Source of the DNA: an uncultured Acidobacteriota bacterium
GTDB lineage: Bacteria > Acidobacteriota > UBA6911
Length of the DNA stretch: 64,000 nucleotides
Direction of reading: 5' to 3'
Assembly: GCA_963827655.1 (NCBI GenBank)
Contig: CAWHCF010000026.1
Location: forward strand, 224,001-288,000
This document shows, in pieces, positions 1 to 12,016 of this stretch. A program made the position numbers and the translations under genes. The first letter of the stretch is position 1. Every line of letters starts with the position of its first letter. The notes beneath the pieces were generated by a model. The model ran no database searches, had not been told where the DNA came from, and saw only the letters and a list, made by a program, of their open reading frames with translations.

Positions 1-109
1 ACAGCCTTACTCTCCGCTACCGTTACGGATCGCGCTAACCGCTCAGGGTACTAGGTCAAATTACCACTAAGACACGAAGTCATCGTATCATGAAACACCA
101 ATGGTATTG

Positions 110-748
110 CTAACGTTTGGACAGGTCGCGAATAAAGAGGTCTTTGAACCTCATGTTTCCGAGACCGCCGGAATGGAGTTGCAACGCAATGTATCCGTCG
201 AACGATCTAGGCGCCGGATCGGTAAAATCCACCACCACCACGCCATTCAGCCGCGATACGTAATGATTGCCTTCCACTTTGAGCAGGAAATCGTTCCAGT
301 CATTGGGTCGGATCACCATCTCGTTTTCAGGCGAAGGCCAGACTATCCATTGCCTTCCGTCGCCGTAGAGCCCGCCGGTATGGTGGGCGATACCGCGATC
401 GATCTCAAACTGTAGTCCCTGGGTAATGGTCGCCGTGCCCGGCTTGAATTCGGAGTGAAAGAAAACGCCGCTATTACCGTCCGCCTCGCATTTGAATCGG
501 AGCGAAAGGTGAAAGTTCACATACTTCTTCTCGGTTCGCAGGTAACCATATTCCTTGGTAATGCCCAAGCCGTGAATGGTTCCGTCCTCGACTTCCCACT
601 TTTCTTCGCCCACCTTGACCCAACCAGTCAGGTCCTTGCCATTGAAGAGTGATACCCAACCGGTGTCCGGAGGCGGCTGCCGTTCCCGTTGTTGGGCGAA
701 CGAGATTGAGGCGAACAGAAAAACCAGCAGGATTTTTTGTAGTTTCAC
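110..748 (-). CDS. DUF1080 / 3-keto-disaccharide hydrolase family secreted protein
   Basis: Signal peptide; motifs WVSLFNGKDLTGW, GNSGVFF, GYIALQLH, MRFKDL. Confidence 0.9.
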   Translation of the reverse strand: MKLQKILLVFLFASISFAQQRERQPPPDTGWVSLFNGKDLTGWVKVGEEKWEVEDGTIHGLGITKEYGYLRTEKKYVNFHLSLRFKCEADGNSGVFFHSEFKPGTATITQGLQFEIDRGIAHHTGGLYGDGRQWIVWPSPENEMVIRPNDWNDFLLKVEGNHYVSRLNGVVVVDFTDPAPRSFDGYIALQLHSGGLGNMRFKDLFIRDLSKR

Positions 749-821
749 GATTTTATATCAACCCGTAACACTTTGCATTTTTAGCACGAATTCTCAGGCT
801 GCTGTCGTCGCGGGTCCAGAA

Positions 822-851
822 GCTGACAGCTCATGGCTGACGGCTGATAGC
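822..851. repeat. Short heptamer repeat tract (GCTGAYR-like)
   Basis: gctgacagctcatggctgacggctgatagct in an intergenic gap. Confidence 0.5.
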
Positions 852-882
852 TCCGCGGCCGTGATGGCCGCGGTGTGTTTCT

Positions 883-3800
883 TTACGATTTCTGCGTCTT
901 GCCGGTTACGTGAGCGGCAATTTCTCTCGGATCTTTGGCCAGGTTCCCCTTAGACTGCATCCGTTGATTGATCGCGGGGGACAGCAGCTTCAAAACCGCC
1001 ACCGGGAGAGCGCTGGTAAACTCGTAGTTCTGTGCCTCGCGGCCGCTGACGAAGGCTGTAAGAACTCCGTAGTACCGGTCTCCAATATAGAAGACGAACG
1101 TGGCGGTTCGGCTTACCACCTTAGAGGACAAGACTCTCCCGTATCGCCCGTAAGACTCCAGACGATTGTCGCCGGATCCTGTCTTTCCGCCAACCTTGAT
1201 GGGCTTGCCGTCGGCCCCGACGAAGGCTCCAGACACTCGCCTTGCGGTTCCCCCCTCGACGACATGGGCCAGGACGTCCTTCAAGGCGCGCGCGACCGGT
1301 ACGGCCATGATTCGTTCCGAATGAGGAGGCGACGGCTCCAGCACCGTATGGTAGGGCGTGCCCTCAGCAAAACGCAGCTCACTGAATTTCAAGCTTGGCC
1401 GGCGCACTCCATCATTCACGATGACTCCCATCAACTCGGACAGGGCGGCAGGCCGGTCGGATGAATTCCCGATCGCAGTGGCATAGGACGGAACCAGGCG
1501 CTCAAAGGGAAAGCCGAGCCGCTGCCAGTACGGCGTCATCCGGGCGAAGGCATCCTGCTCGATGCGGATGCGCAGGCGCATATCCTGCGCCCGGCGATTA
1601 CGCGGCTGGAAGAGCCAGCGCGACACGACCTGTCTCGCCGAGGCGCTGCGGTCCCAAAGCGTGGTCCAGTTGGTGGCCGGTTCCCGCATCATCTGCTCCG
1701 CACACCAGACATCGAGCGGATGACGGTCGAGCAGATACGCATAGTCCGCCAGCGTGAGCCGCGGGTTTTCGTAAGCGCGCACCAGGCGGTACAATTCTTC
1801 GGGCGAGACCTCAACACCGTGTGACTTGAGCCAGCGATCCATTCCACTTACGGGATCCTGATCGGCTCGTCGATGCCAGGCAAAAAAGAGAATGGCCAGA
1901 TGCCGGCTGCTCTTCGCCCGCCGGTCCAAAAGGCTCGCGACTACCGCGTTGGGCGACGCGCCATGGAATCGTTTGTAAGCTCGATGCAGAATCTGTTTGA
2001 CCTCGTCGTCAACGGCTTCATTGAGAAGAGTCCGGCGCGTCGCGTGTTCGGGATCGGCCAGCACCGCCGCCGCATCATAAGGAAGCCGCGCCTGGTGGAA
2101 TCGCACCAGGTCGCGCATCAAGCGTATGAAGACCAGATTCGTGGAGTACTGCGTGGCCTCCCGGAGCGACATTTTTCGCTCATTCTGATCGGGGTCGAAG
2201 TTTGAAAACGAGTGCAGACCGCCGCCGGTAAAAAAGGCTTCCCAAGGGCTCGCTGAATAGGTTCGGTCGAGCGCCTTTTGAAGCAGAGCGTTCAGTTCGA
2301 TTCCCTTGTCGGTCCCCATCGTTTCGGCAACCCACTGGGTGATGGGGTCAGAAGCGGTCTCGGCCCGCCCGGCTAGATTCCGGGGCTCCAGCGACTGGAA
2401 CTCGCCATGGAGCGAAGCCACCACTTCCAGATAGTGCGCCAGCGTGCGAAGCTTCGCCGTGCTTCCCAACTCCAGCTTCATGCCTTCGTTCAGATCGAAA
2501 GGGTCGGCTAGACTATCGGTCTGGACTCGCAGGACGTTCCCTTCGGGGGTGTTTTCGAACAGCATGAGGCTGTAGACGACTTTTTCCGGATCCCCCTCGG
2601 GCAGAAGATGCTTCCCGCGCAGACCCTTCGCATCCAGGAAGTCGTCGCGCTTCAAGTTCTCGAAAATTTGCGTCGCCTGGGACTGCAAAGCAGCGTCGAG
2701 AGTACTCCGAACTTCGAGGTGCAGCCGATCCAGGTCGTAAAAGCCGGCTATCCCCAGCGTACCCATTAGATTGGTCCGGATGACGGTCGAGGTTTTTTGC
2801 TGCGCTATAAACCCGCGCTCTGAGGTCGCGGGACGCGGTACAAACGCCACCTGCGTCGCTCTCACCCGCTCGGCGAAATCCGGATCGATCGCGCCCGTTC
2901 TCGCCAGCAGATTGGCGTAGGAATTCACCCTGGCTTGAAGCGCTTCGCGGTTGTGAACGAGGTAGTAACTCGGCGCTCGGACTGAACAAAGCAGTGTCAA
3001 TACATGCTTGTACGCCTCGACCTTGGCAGACGTAGTCTTTGGATCCGCCAGAGCTTCGGAGACGTCGCTCAGATTCAAGCCAAACCAGGCATTAAGCCCA
3101 TCGCCCAATCCGTGGATCTCGCCATGACCCGGGGCGGCCGCGAGCGGGACGGTGTTGAGGTAGTCCAGAATGATTTCCCGGCGCGGAGTACGCGTGTCGG
3201 TTCCGCCTCGGTAAACCTTCAGGCTGGCGCCCGCCATCTGCTGAAGTTTGTCCGCGAGCGACCCGGTCCGGCCATTCTGAGAATGGCGATACTTCTCGAG
3301 CTGAGTGGCGAGGGTACTTCCCCCTTCCACGCGCAGAGGCAACCCGAGCTTGGTCCCGGCATAAGAGATGCCTGCCTTGGCCAATCGATCCCATTCCAGA
3401 ACAGGATTAGTGCGCGAATCCGGCGGTTCTTGTCCCAGCTCCCGGTTTTCGATCAGTAACAAAGCTTCTATAACAAGGGGCGGAACATCTTCAAAGCGTT
3501 TGAAGACACGGTCGGAGACGGTTCTGTCATAGACCGAAAGGTGATCCGCGCTATGGATGGTCAATCCGGCGACAGCCGGTTCCCGGTAAGGAGGAGCGAT
3601 ACCCCAGCCTGCAATGCGCGCAAGCTCCGGGGAAAAGCGGGCCTGCTCCCGAATCCGGAACCCCTTCGCCTGGAGCCGCCGGGCGAACTCCGGGATCTGG
3701 GTATAGCCATGCCGCTCATCGAAGGGTCCGCTCTTCGGGAAGACGATCGTGGAACTCGGACCCGCTTCGACCGTATAGGTCATGCTCCTGGCATAGCGTG

Positions 3801-4140
3801 ACAGTAGCCAGGACTGGAGAGCGGAGGTACGAGTTTCATAGATTACTCCGCCTATCAAGATTCCACACAACACGATGTAAAGGACCCAACGGGGTGGGCG
3901 CGTGAAGGCGCGCCGGGGCCGCTGAATGTAGAGACGCCCTGCAACGACGTCGCCGGCCGTGTTTGCGCCTGCCCACATCCGGGCGACCTGCTGCATCGGC
4001 AACCGGCCCACTGCAGCCAGGCTCGATACATTGAATCCCAGCTTTGAAACAACCCCTTCCCGCCTGTCACTCATAGGTCTCGCGTAGTGTGGAGAGCTTC
4101 CACTCAACCCAGTTCTTGGGCATGCACTGCTATGGTTCAC
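883..4140 (-). CDS. Large bifunctional transglycosylase/transpeptidase (class A PBP-like); true start may be downstream (about 4074 or 3996)
   Basis: N-terminal TM helix; GGSTLATQL transglycosylase motif; STAK, STN and KTG transpeptidase motifs. Confidence 0.85.
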   Translation of the reverse strand: MNHSSACPRTGLSGSSPHYARPMSDRREGVVSKLGFNVSSLAAVGRLPMQQVARMWAGANTAGDVVAGRLYIQRPRRAFTRPPRWVLYIVLCGILIGGVIYETRTSALQSWLLSRYARSMTYTVEAGPSSTIVFPKSGPFDERHGYTQIPEFARRLQAKGFRIREQARFSPELARIAGWGIAPPYREPAVAGLTIHSADHLSVYDRTVSDRVFKRFEDVPPLVIEALLLIENRELGQEPPDSRTNPVLEWDRLAKAGISYAGTKLGLPLRVEGGSTLATQLEKYRHSQNGRTGSLADKLQQMAGASLKVYRGGTDTRTPRREIILDYLNTVPLAAAPGHGEIHGLGDGLNAWFGLNLSDVSEALADPKTTSAKVEAYKHVLTLLCSVRAPSYYLVHNREALQARVNSYANLLARTGAIDPDFAERVRATQVAFVPRPATSERGFIAQQKTSTVIRTNLMGTLGIAGFYDLDRLHLEVRSTLDAALQSQATQIFENLKRDDFLDAKGLRGKHLLPEGDPEKVVYSLMLFENTPEGNVLRVQTDSLADPFDLNEGMKLELGSTAKLRTLAHYLEVVASLHGEFQSLEPRNLAGRAETASDPITQWVAETMGTDKGIELNALLQKALDRTYSASPWEAFFTGGGLHSFSNFDPDQNERKMSLREATQYSTNLVFIRLMRDLVRFHQARLPYDAAAVLADPEHATRRTLLNEAVDDEVKQILHRAYKRFHGASPNAVVASLLDRRAKSSRHLAILFFAWHRRADQDPVSGMDRWLKSHGVEVSPEELYRLVRAYENPRLTLADYAYLLDRHPLDVWCAEQMMREPATNWTTLWDRSASARQVVSRWLFQPRNRRAQDMRLRIRIEQDAFARMTPYWQRLGFPFERLVPSYATAIGNSSDRPAALSELMGVIVNDGVRRPSLKFSELRFAEGTPYHTVLEPSPPHSERIMAVPVARALKDVLAHVVEGGTARRVSGAFVGADGKPIKVGGKTGSGDNRLESYGRYGRVLSSKVVSRTATFVFYIGDRYYGVLTAFVSGREAQNYEFTSALPVAVLKLLSPAINQRMQSKGNLAKDPREIAAHVTGKTQKS

Positions 4141-4368
4141 GTCTTCTTTTTATATAGGTGTGCGCAAGGTTCGAATCCGTTACAACCCTAAGGTTCGTCG
4201 GCAGGTCGATCGGTTTGAACCATCCGATTTCTGATCCCGAGCCTCAGTACCCTCACACTTAGAAAATGATCGTCTAAAGAGATGCTCCAACCGGCAATAA
4301 GTTTCTATGTCGGGACGCTGCTTCGGGGGCTGAGCGCGCTCTCCTGCCGCTGATCCGCTTCTTTGCAG

Positions 4369-4384
4369 GCAATCGCCGTTCCAA
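4369..4384 (-). promoter_or_regulatory. Candidate sigma-54 (-24/-12) promoter facing the PBP gene
   Basis: Minus strand TTGGAACG-GCGA-TTGC matches TGGCACG-N4-TTGC spacing with one mismatch. Confidence 0.5.
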
Positions 4385-5040
4385 TTCTCAAAGGCAGGCA
4401 ATGAAGAGTCTGACATAAACGGCGCGGCCTGGAAAGCCTTTGCACAGGAATAGAGAAACAGAGGGGTGCGGGGATAGGTTTTTGAGGGATGGATCGATTC
4501 CAGTGGCCAGGAGGTTCGTGCGCGATCTCGAGATGGAGTCCGGCCTCGGTGACCCACAGGTTCTGCCTCCTGACCCGGATAGAATAAACCAGCATCTTCT
4601 GACATGAAATCCATTAGATTTGGTATTTTAGCAGAAAAGATTCCCGTCCCGACCGTGCTGAACCTGTACGGCGATTGTGGATCTACGGAAAAGGGGTTCA
4701 GTATTTTGCATGAGCGGGCCAGGTCGTCTCGGATTTATCTCGAGGTGATCCGGTAACTCACTGAGAAGGTGGGACATAGTTCGTTTTCGCAAACCGATTC
4801 TCTCTACCGAGCAACAAGATATATGGTGCGCATTCCACGAATTTCACAGAGCTATGAAGATTGGTGAATTCTCCTAGCGCCATTCGCAAGTACTTGGCTG
4901 AAGATTCCCGCATGCAGAAAAGAAAACCACGAATCCTGGTTTCGGCGGACCCCTCGCAGGCGCAGACTTGCGTGGGAACTCAATTTGAGTTGTAATAACG
5001 CCGCCTTCAGAAACCTGAACCACAGCAAGGCAGAACCATT

Positions 5041-6268
5041 ATGCCTGAATTGCAAAGCGAAGTCGTTGACAACAAACTGAGGGACCTCAGCTATTCCCTG
5101 ACCGGCGCTCTGGTCGAGGGAAACGGCATGAATGATTTCTTGAACAGGTTTCTGAAGGCGATCGCGGGATGCATTCCTGGTTCCCCAGCTCGTTCTTTAT
5201 GATTACAACGAGTCTGAAAACCTTTTTGAATTTCTGTATTTCCGTGGTTATGCATCGGATGCCCGGGCCGAATTGAGCATGCGGCTCCACACGATCGATT
5301 TGAGGCGAGCCTTGAAGGAGCGAGATCCCTTCTGGCTGGACCATACCCGCAGAAGCCTTCTCGTACCCCTGTACTTTCAGGAGGTGCTCGAGGCCGTGCT
5401 GCTGCTTGAGCGGCCGGCCCAGGAACTCGAGATCGAACTCGACGACTGCAGGCTGGCCTCGTGCCGGCTCGTATCCCGCTTCCTGGGCCTCTTCATGTCC
5501 TCCATCAGGATAGACGCTAACGCAAGCATACGAGAGGATCTCGCTGCCAAGACGGATCTTCAGCGGGCCCGCGAAGTGCAGTTGAGCTATTTGCCTTCGG
5601 ACTATCACGAAACCGACAAGTACGAAATCTATGGTTACAACCAGTCCTCGGTTCTGGTGGGGGGGGACTACTTTGATTATTTCTGCCAGCGCGAGCAATC
5701 GATCCAGTGCGTCGTGGCCGACGCTTGCGGGCACGGGATGGCTGCCGCCCTCATCATGTCCACGTTCAGGGGGCTGTTGCACTCCGAGGTTCGGCAGCTT
5801 CACGACTTTTCTTCCCTTTTCGATATCCTCAACCAGCGGCTCTATCTGGGGGGAGATCTGCTTCAGTACCTCACAGGTGTCTTTTTCGATTACGATCAGG
5901 AACAGCGTGAGCTCCTTTACCTGAATGCCGGCCACTTCGATCCGCTTATAGTGCATTCGGATGGAACCTCGACCCGCCTCACCGGGGGTGGGCCTCCTCT
6001 AGGGATGTTTGGAAGTTCGACTTACAAGGCCAAGACGGCTCCGATCCGTCCAGGGGACCTCCTGGTTCTTTTTACCGATGGTTTGATCGAGCTGCGCAAC
6101 GCGCTTGACGAGTTTTTTGGTGTTGAACGCGTTCTGGCTGCGATTCGCGCGCAGCGGGATCTTCCCTTACGCGATCTTGCCCGGGAAGTTCTCGGCACCG
6201 CGGCCCGGTTCAGTCACAAGTCCCAGCCCGACGATGACTTGACTCTGTTTCTTATGAGGTTTCGATAA
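5041..6268 (+). CDS. SpoIIE/RsbU-type PP2C phosphatase with N-terminal GAF-like region (+1 frameshift near 5185)
   Basis: VGGDYFD, VADACGHG, NAGH, FTDGL, DDLT motifs; frame from ATG 5041 joins the ORF-track frame if one C is removed from the run at 5183-5186. Confidence 0.85.
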
Positions 6269-6294
6269 CATTTCTTCGATTGACGATTATCCCT

Positions 6295-7215
6295 ATGGTC
6301 GACGCTCGAGCTCGAAAGAAGTGCGCGCTGGTTCTTTCACTGGTCGTAGCTGCCGTGCTGTTCCCGGGTTGTGGGCGGCGGGAAAATCAAAAGACTATAG
6401 GGGTTTCGCTCCTGACAAAGGAGCATGTCTTTTACCGGGATCTGGAAAAAGCCATGCGCGAGACTGCCGCCGCTCATCGATTCCAGCTGATAATAAATTC
6501 CGGCGACTGGGACCTGGCCAGGCACCAGGCCCAGATCGAGAATTACATCGTACAGAAGGTGGATGCTATCATCGTCTGTCCGGTGGACTCGAAAGGGATC
6601 GCGCCGGCAATTCAAAAGGCGAACGCCGCCGGGATTCCGGTCTTTACGGCGGACATAAAGGCCGAAGGCGGAAAGATCGTCAGTCAGATCGCATCCGACA
6701 ACGTAGCCGGCGGGCGCCTGGCTGCCCAGTATCTGGCCAAACTTCTGAACGGCAAAGGCGAGGTCGCCATAATCGACCAGCCGGTAACCCAGTCGGTCAT
6801 CGATCGGGTCAGCGGTTTCCTCGAGGAGATAGCCAGGTACCCGGAGATTCGAGTTGTGGCACGACCCAGCGGGGACGGGGTTCGGGATAAGGCGATGAAG
6901 GCGGCGGAAGACTTGTTGCAGGGATTCCCGCGGTTGGCTGGAATCTTTGGCATCAATGACGATAGCGCCCTCGGCGCCCTGGCTGCCGTCGAAGCCGCAG
7001 GGCGAAAGGATATTCTTATTGTCGGCTATGACGGCATACCGGAGGCGCGCCAGGCCATTCTAAGAGGAAGCGCGTTGAAGGCCGATGTCGTCCAGTATCC
7101 ATTGGAAATCGGCCGGATTACTATAGAAACCATTGCCAAACACCTCGCGGGAGAGTCGGTTCCGGCTGACATTCCGGTGAAGGTAGGAATCTTGGATGTC
7201 TCGAATGCTCAGTGA
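6295..7215 (+). CDS. RbsB-like sugar-binding lipoprotein
   Basis: Lipobox-like LFPGC; [23 protein letters not shown] motifs. Confidence 0.85.
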   Translation: MVDARARKKCALVLSLVVAAVLFPGCGRRENQKTIGVSLLTKEHVFYRDLEKAMRETAAAHRFQLIINSGDWDLARHQAQIENYIVQKVDAIIVCPVDSKGIAPAIQKANAAGIPVFTADIKAEGGKIVSQIASDNVAGGRLAAQYLAKLLNGKGEVAIIDQPVTQSVIDRVSGFLEEIARYPEIRVVARPSGDGVRDKAMKAAEDLLQGFPRLAGIFGINDDSALGALAAVEAAGRKDILIVGYDGIPEARQAILRGSALKADVVQYPLEIGRITIETIAKHLAGESVPADIPVKVGILDVSNAQ

Positions 7216-8059
7216 GAAAGAGTCGAATGAGGTAGAGATCAGGTTGGCGCACAGCCCCGATTCCGACGATGCCTTCATGTTCTATGCTCTGGCAACGGAC
7301 AAATTGGACACGAAACCCTTCCGGTTTGTTCACACGTTGGAAGACATCCAGACCCTCAATCAGAAAGCCTTGAACGGCGTATACGATGTGACGGCGATAT
7401 CCTTCCACGCCTACGCCTACATCGCCGATAAATATGCGCTGCTGCCGCATGGCGCCAGCATGGGGCATCAGTACGGCCCGATCGTGGTGGCGCGAGAGCA
7501 ATGGAAGCCCCTTCGGCTTCACGGGAAGAGAATCGCGGTGCCGGGAACCATGACGACCGCGTATCTTCTGCTGAAGCTTTATGATCCCGATTTCGAAGCT
7601 ACCGTCATTCCTTTCGATCAAATCATGGAGGCCGTCCAGCGTGGAGATGTTGACGGCGGTCTCCTGATCCACGAAGGACAGTTAACCTACGCGAGCGAGG
7701 GGTTCCAGAAGGTCGTGGATCTTGGGGCGTGGTGGGATGAGAAGACAGGGCTCCCGCTCCCGCTGGGGGGGAATGCCATTCGCCGTGGATTACCAAGGGA
7801 CTATATTTCACAGATTTCCAGGCTTATTCGACAGGGGATCGAATATGCGCTGAACCACCGTCAGGCGGCGCTGGAATACGCTTTGCAATATGGGCGTAAC
7901 CTGAGCCCGGATCAGGCCGACCGGTTTGTGCAAATGTACGTCAATGAAAGGACCCTGGACTATGGCGCGGATGGCCGGCAGGCCGTCGAGCTACTGCTGA
8001 GGCAGGCCTACGAAAAGGGAATCATTCCTAAGCCGGTGCAGGTCGAGTTCGTCGATTGA
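7196..8059 (+). CDS. mqnD: 1,4-dihydroxy-6-naphthoate synthase (futalosine menaquinone pathway)
   Basis: [37 protein letters not shown] motifs. Confidence 0.85.
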   Translation: MSRMLSEKESNEVEIRLAHSPDSDDAFMFYALATDKLDTKPFRFVHTLEDIQTLNQKALNGVYDVTAISFHAYAYIADKYALLPHGASMGHQYGPIVVAREQWKPLRLHGKRIAVPGTMTTAYLLLKLYDPDFEATVIPFDQIMEAVQRGDVDGGLLIHEGQLTYASEGFQKVVDLGAWWDEKTGLPLPLGGNAIRRGLPRDYISQISRLIRQGIEYALNHRQAALEYALQYGRNLSPDQADRFVQMYVNERTLDYGADGRQAVELLLRQAYEKGIIPKPVQVEFVD

Positions 8060-8121
8060 CTGAAGGCGAGACCAGCGTTATATGACGCCCCCGAAAGGAC
8101 AGGGCAGGAGGTAAGAGCGCG

Positions 8122-8430
8122 GTGCCGATATACGAGTACAAATGTTCGAAATGCGGCAAAGTGTTTGAGATCATCCAGAAGATTAGCGACGAACCGTTGC
8201 GCCGCTGCAAGTTCTGTAGTGGCAAGGTTGACCGTCTGATCAGCAATAGCAGTTTTCAGCTAAAAGGCTCCGGCTGGTACCTCACCGATTACGCCCGAAA
8301 GCCAGAGAGTTCAAACGCGCCGGATTCCGAAGCCAAAGCCGGCGAAAAAGCCAAACCCAGCGAAAAGCCCGCGGAGAGCGGCCCTTCGACTCCTGCCAAG
8401 GCCGGCAAAAAGGCACCAAAGCAAGAGTAA
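8122..8430 (+). CDS. FmdB family zinc-ribbon protein
   Basis: [12 protein letters not shown]...CKFC...[11 protein letters not shown] plus low-complexity tail. Confidence 0.9.
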   Translation: MPIYEYKCSKCGKVFEIIQKISDEPLRRCKFCSGKVDRLISNSSFQLKGSGWYLTDYARKPESSNAPDSEAKAGEKAKPSEKPAESGPSTPAKAGKKAPKQE

Positions 8431-8441
8431 GCTCAGTGCGG

Positions 8442-11250
8442 TCACGCGCCTTCGAGCTTGAATGCGTGGACTCGACCGGCCCTATCGCCCGCCGCGATGA
8501 TGCCATGATTCGAAAGAGCAATAGCCCGCACAGGCTGGTCGCACGAGTACGCTGCGATCACCTCGTGGTGCGCCAGATTCCAGACACGGATTGTGCCATC
8601 GCTCGAACCGCACACGGCGTGCTTCCCGTCCGGCGTGAGCGCGACCGCATTGACCGACAATCCGTGGCCTTGCAGCGTGGCGAGCACGCGCCCGCTTTCC
8701 AGATCCCATATCTTGATGGTGTGATCCGACGAACCGGACATGGCGTGCTTCCCGTCCGGCGTGAGCGCGACCGCCCTTACCGAGTCGTGAGGACCTTGGA
8801 GCGTGGCGAGTTCGCGCCCGCTATCCAGATCCCATATCTTGAGGGTACGATCCGACGAACCGGACACGGCTCGCTTTCCGTCCGGCATTAGGGCGACCAC
8901 CCGTACCGCCCAGTCGTGGTCTTGGAGCGTGGCGAGCTCGCGCCCGCTTTCCAGATCCCATATCTTGAGGGTGCGGTCCGACGAGCCGGATATGGCGTGT
9001 TTGCCGTCCGGAGTCACCGCAACCGCCGGAACCGAGTTCGTGTGGCCTTGGAGAGTTGTGAGCAGACGCCTGCTATCCAGATCCCATATCTTGAGCGTAT
9101 GATCCGCCGAACCGGACACAGCACGCTTACCATCCGGTGTGACCGCGACCGCAAGAACCGAGTCGCTGTGGCCTTGGAGAGTTGCGGGCCGGCGCCCACT
9201 ATCGAGATCCCAGATCTTGATGGTGCGATCGACGGAACCGGATACGGCTCGCCTTCCGTCCGGTGTTAAGGCGAGCGTCAGTACGGCCAACTCATGGCCC
9301 TGCAGGCTGGCGAGCTGGCGCTCGCTATCCAGATCCCATGTCTTGATGGTGCGATCCCACGAACCGGACACGGCTCGCTTGCCGTCGGGGGTGACAGCGA
9401 CCGCAAGAACCGAGTCGCTGTGGCCTTGGAGGTTGGCGATCTGGCGTCCGTTATCCAGATCCCATATCTTGATGGTGCGATCGAACGAACCGGACACGGC
9501 TCGCTTTCCGTCCGGCGTTATGGCGACCGCCCGTACCGCCGAATCGTGACCTTGGAGGTTGGCGATCTGGCGTCCGCTATCCAGATCCCATATCTTGAGG
9601 TTACGATCCGCCGAACCGGACACCACCCGCCTTCCGTCCGGCGTTATGGCAATCGCCCGTACCGCCGAATCGTGACCTTGGAGGTTGGTGAGCTGGCGCC
9701 CGCTATCCAGATCCCATATCTTGACGGTCCGATCGGACAAACCGGATACGACGAGCTTGCCGTCAAGCGTCACCGCAACCGCCAGAACCGCGTCGTCCTC
9801 TTGCAGTGTGGCAAACTGATGCCCGCTATTCAGATCCCATATCTTGAGGGTACGATCCGACGAACCGGACACGGCGCGCTTGCCGTCGGGAGTGACCGCG
9901 ACCGCCAGAACCGAGTCGCTGTGCCCACGAACCGGACACGGCGCGCTTACCATCCGGCGTGACCGCGACCGCCAGAACCGAGTCGGCGTGGCCTTGCAGC
10001 GTCCTGATCAGCGGCCCGCCTGGGGCATCCAGAGTCGGGCGCAGCGGGCGTAACCATGGGCTTGCCGAGTAGACGGCTTGCCTGCTCCAGCAGGCGGTCG
10101 ACGTCCTCCGAGATCTCCGGCGACAACCGTCCGAGCAGTTGCCCGGCTAGCTGATCCTTGTCTTTCGCAAGCACGTGCGCCGAGAGCCGCAGCGCCCCTT
10201 CGATCTGTCGTATCGACTCGTCCGGTGGCACGTGTGCCGGATGAAACTCCGACAGCAACGCACTGATGTCCGTGTGAATCAGCTTGGCCCGGAGCCAATT
10301 GAAATCGCACACCAGCTCACGGAGCTTCGGCTTGTACTGGCTCTGCGACACGTGATAGCCGAACCAGCGCCAGGCATAGGCGTCCGGCAGTTTGAACGGG
10401 TCGCCCCAGCCTTCGACCAGTCGATCGTGCAGCGGCTTACGTTCAGTGTCGGGCATTTGCGTCCGGAGATACTTTCGGATCGCGTCGTGAAGCCGGATGC
10501 TCCCGCTTGCTCGCAGTTCGAAGTTCAGCAGAAGCGAAAATTTGTAAAGCTGCTCACAAAGCCTCTCCGTGCGGAAGCGATCCAGGCTGCCAGTGCGCTG
10601 CCAAAGCCGGGTCACGGTCTCGAGGGTGATATCCACATCTTCCGGAAATAAGGCCAGCTCGAGGAAGCGACGGCGCTCGGTCTCAGGATCGAGTAACGCC
10701 AGGCTGACGCTCATGGTTTTCGCGACTGCGTCGCTGCGCGCCTCGGAGTCACGCGCATCGAACGTTGTGAATCCCTCGCGATCGAGCGCTTCTTCTACGT
10801 AGCGCAGGGCTTCCTCCATCGGCTGACTATATTCGTTTGCCCGGTCCTGCAAGACGCTATTAGCAAGCTTGAGCAGCAGGGGCCACTCGCCTAGTCGCCC
10901 TGCAAGCCCGGCGAGCTGCTGGTTGTGTCCCTCCGGCAGAGCGGTCCGTAACAACGCGACCGCCTCCGACTCGCGCATCGCATCGACTTTGACCTTCTTC
11001 GCGGGCTTCGGCAGCGCGTCCGCCATACGCGACGTGATCAACCGCGCACAGCGCTTCCCACCCTGAAGAAACGGTTCGACATGCGCGCTCTTCCAGACAT
11101 CGTCGATGACCATAAGCACATCCCGGTCTTCGAGCAACTCGGAGAGTGCGCCGGCTGCGGCCTTATCGGTCGCGAAGTCGGGCCGCTCGCCGGAAAGCGC
11201 CTGAGATCAGATCGCGAATGCTGCCGCGAAGGTTTTCGGCGTTTTCCCCT
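8442..11250 (-). pseudogene. 5'-truncated STAND/NB-ARC (Apaf-1-like) protein with about 13 WD40 repeats
   Basis: Walker B LMVIDDVW, LITSR, WPLLL and LHD motifs, then WD40 units; indels near 11205 and 10058; half-repeat deletion near 9927; no Walker A found upstream. Confidence 0.75.
8560..10000 (-). repeat. 126-bp tandem WD40-coding units with high DNA similarity
   Basis: agatcccatatcttga and gaaccggacacggc recur with 126-nt period. Confidence 0.9.
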
Positions 11251-11484
11251 CGGTCACGGCCATTTGATGAATCCGAAGGAATTCGCTCGCAAAAATACGC
11301 AGTACGACGCCGAATCACAACTGAAATTCGCTGGCAGCGAACCGCACAGCGGTCTTCGGTCTTCGCGGTTAATGCTGCAAAATAGAATCAACCACAAGGA
11401 AACGCTAAGAGTCCGGTTTGTGTTCTTGTATACTGAGCTCCCTTTGGTTTCCCCTTCTCGTTTAATTCAGGAGAATAGATCGCA

Positions 11485-11955
11485 ATGAAAGAGATCAACG
11501 AGATCAAAGTCGGAGAGGAGGCACCCGACTTCACCCTGCCCAGCCATCTGGGCGGAAGCATTACTTTGAGTGAACTCCGCGGCAAGAACGTCGTTCTGGC
11601 CTTTTATCCGGCGGCGTTCACGCCTGTTTGAACCGTTCAAATGCCCTCGTACGAGGAGGATCTCCCCGAGTTCGAGAGGTATGACGCCCAGGTGCTGGGC
11701 ATAAGCGTCGACAACGTTCCCACCAACAAAGCGTGGGCAAATTCCATGGGCGGCATCTCGTACCACCTGCTGAGCGATTTCTGGCCGCATGGGTATGTAG
11801 CCGTCAAATACAATATTCTTCGCAGCGAAGGTTTCACCGAGCGGGCGCTGTTCGTGATCGACAAGCAAGGGATGGTCAGGTACAAAGACATTCATGCGAT
11901 CGGGGACCAGCCCAGGAACAGCGAACTCTTTGACGCGCTCAAGAAAATCGCCTAG
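11485..11955 (+). CDS. AhpE-type peroxiredoxin, probable selenoprotein (UGA at 11629-11631)
   Basis: RBS CAGGAG and ATG 11485 read ...[17 protein letters not shown], in frame with ORF 11641..11955; UGA sits at the peroxidatic Cys of PxxxTxxC; LLSDFWPHG is AhpE-like. Confidence 0.9.
11645..11656 (+). promoter_or_regulatory. Candidate SECIS hairpin
   Basis: CCTC-GTAC-GAGG; loop G is 18 nt after the UGA. Confidence 0.6.
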
Positions 11956-12016
11956 CGTCAACGCACCTTGGTGATTTCTGTTTTACGCCTTGCACCGCCG
12001 GGTGCGCAGGATACGT

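Noticed and set aside
8560-10000. Regular repeats as a CRISPR array
   Set aside because: The 126-nt period is in frame and encodes WD40 units; there are no unique spacers or cas genes.
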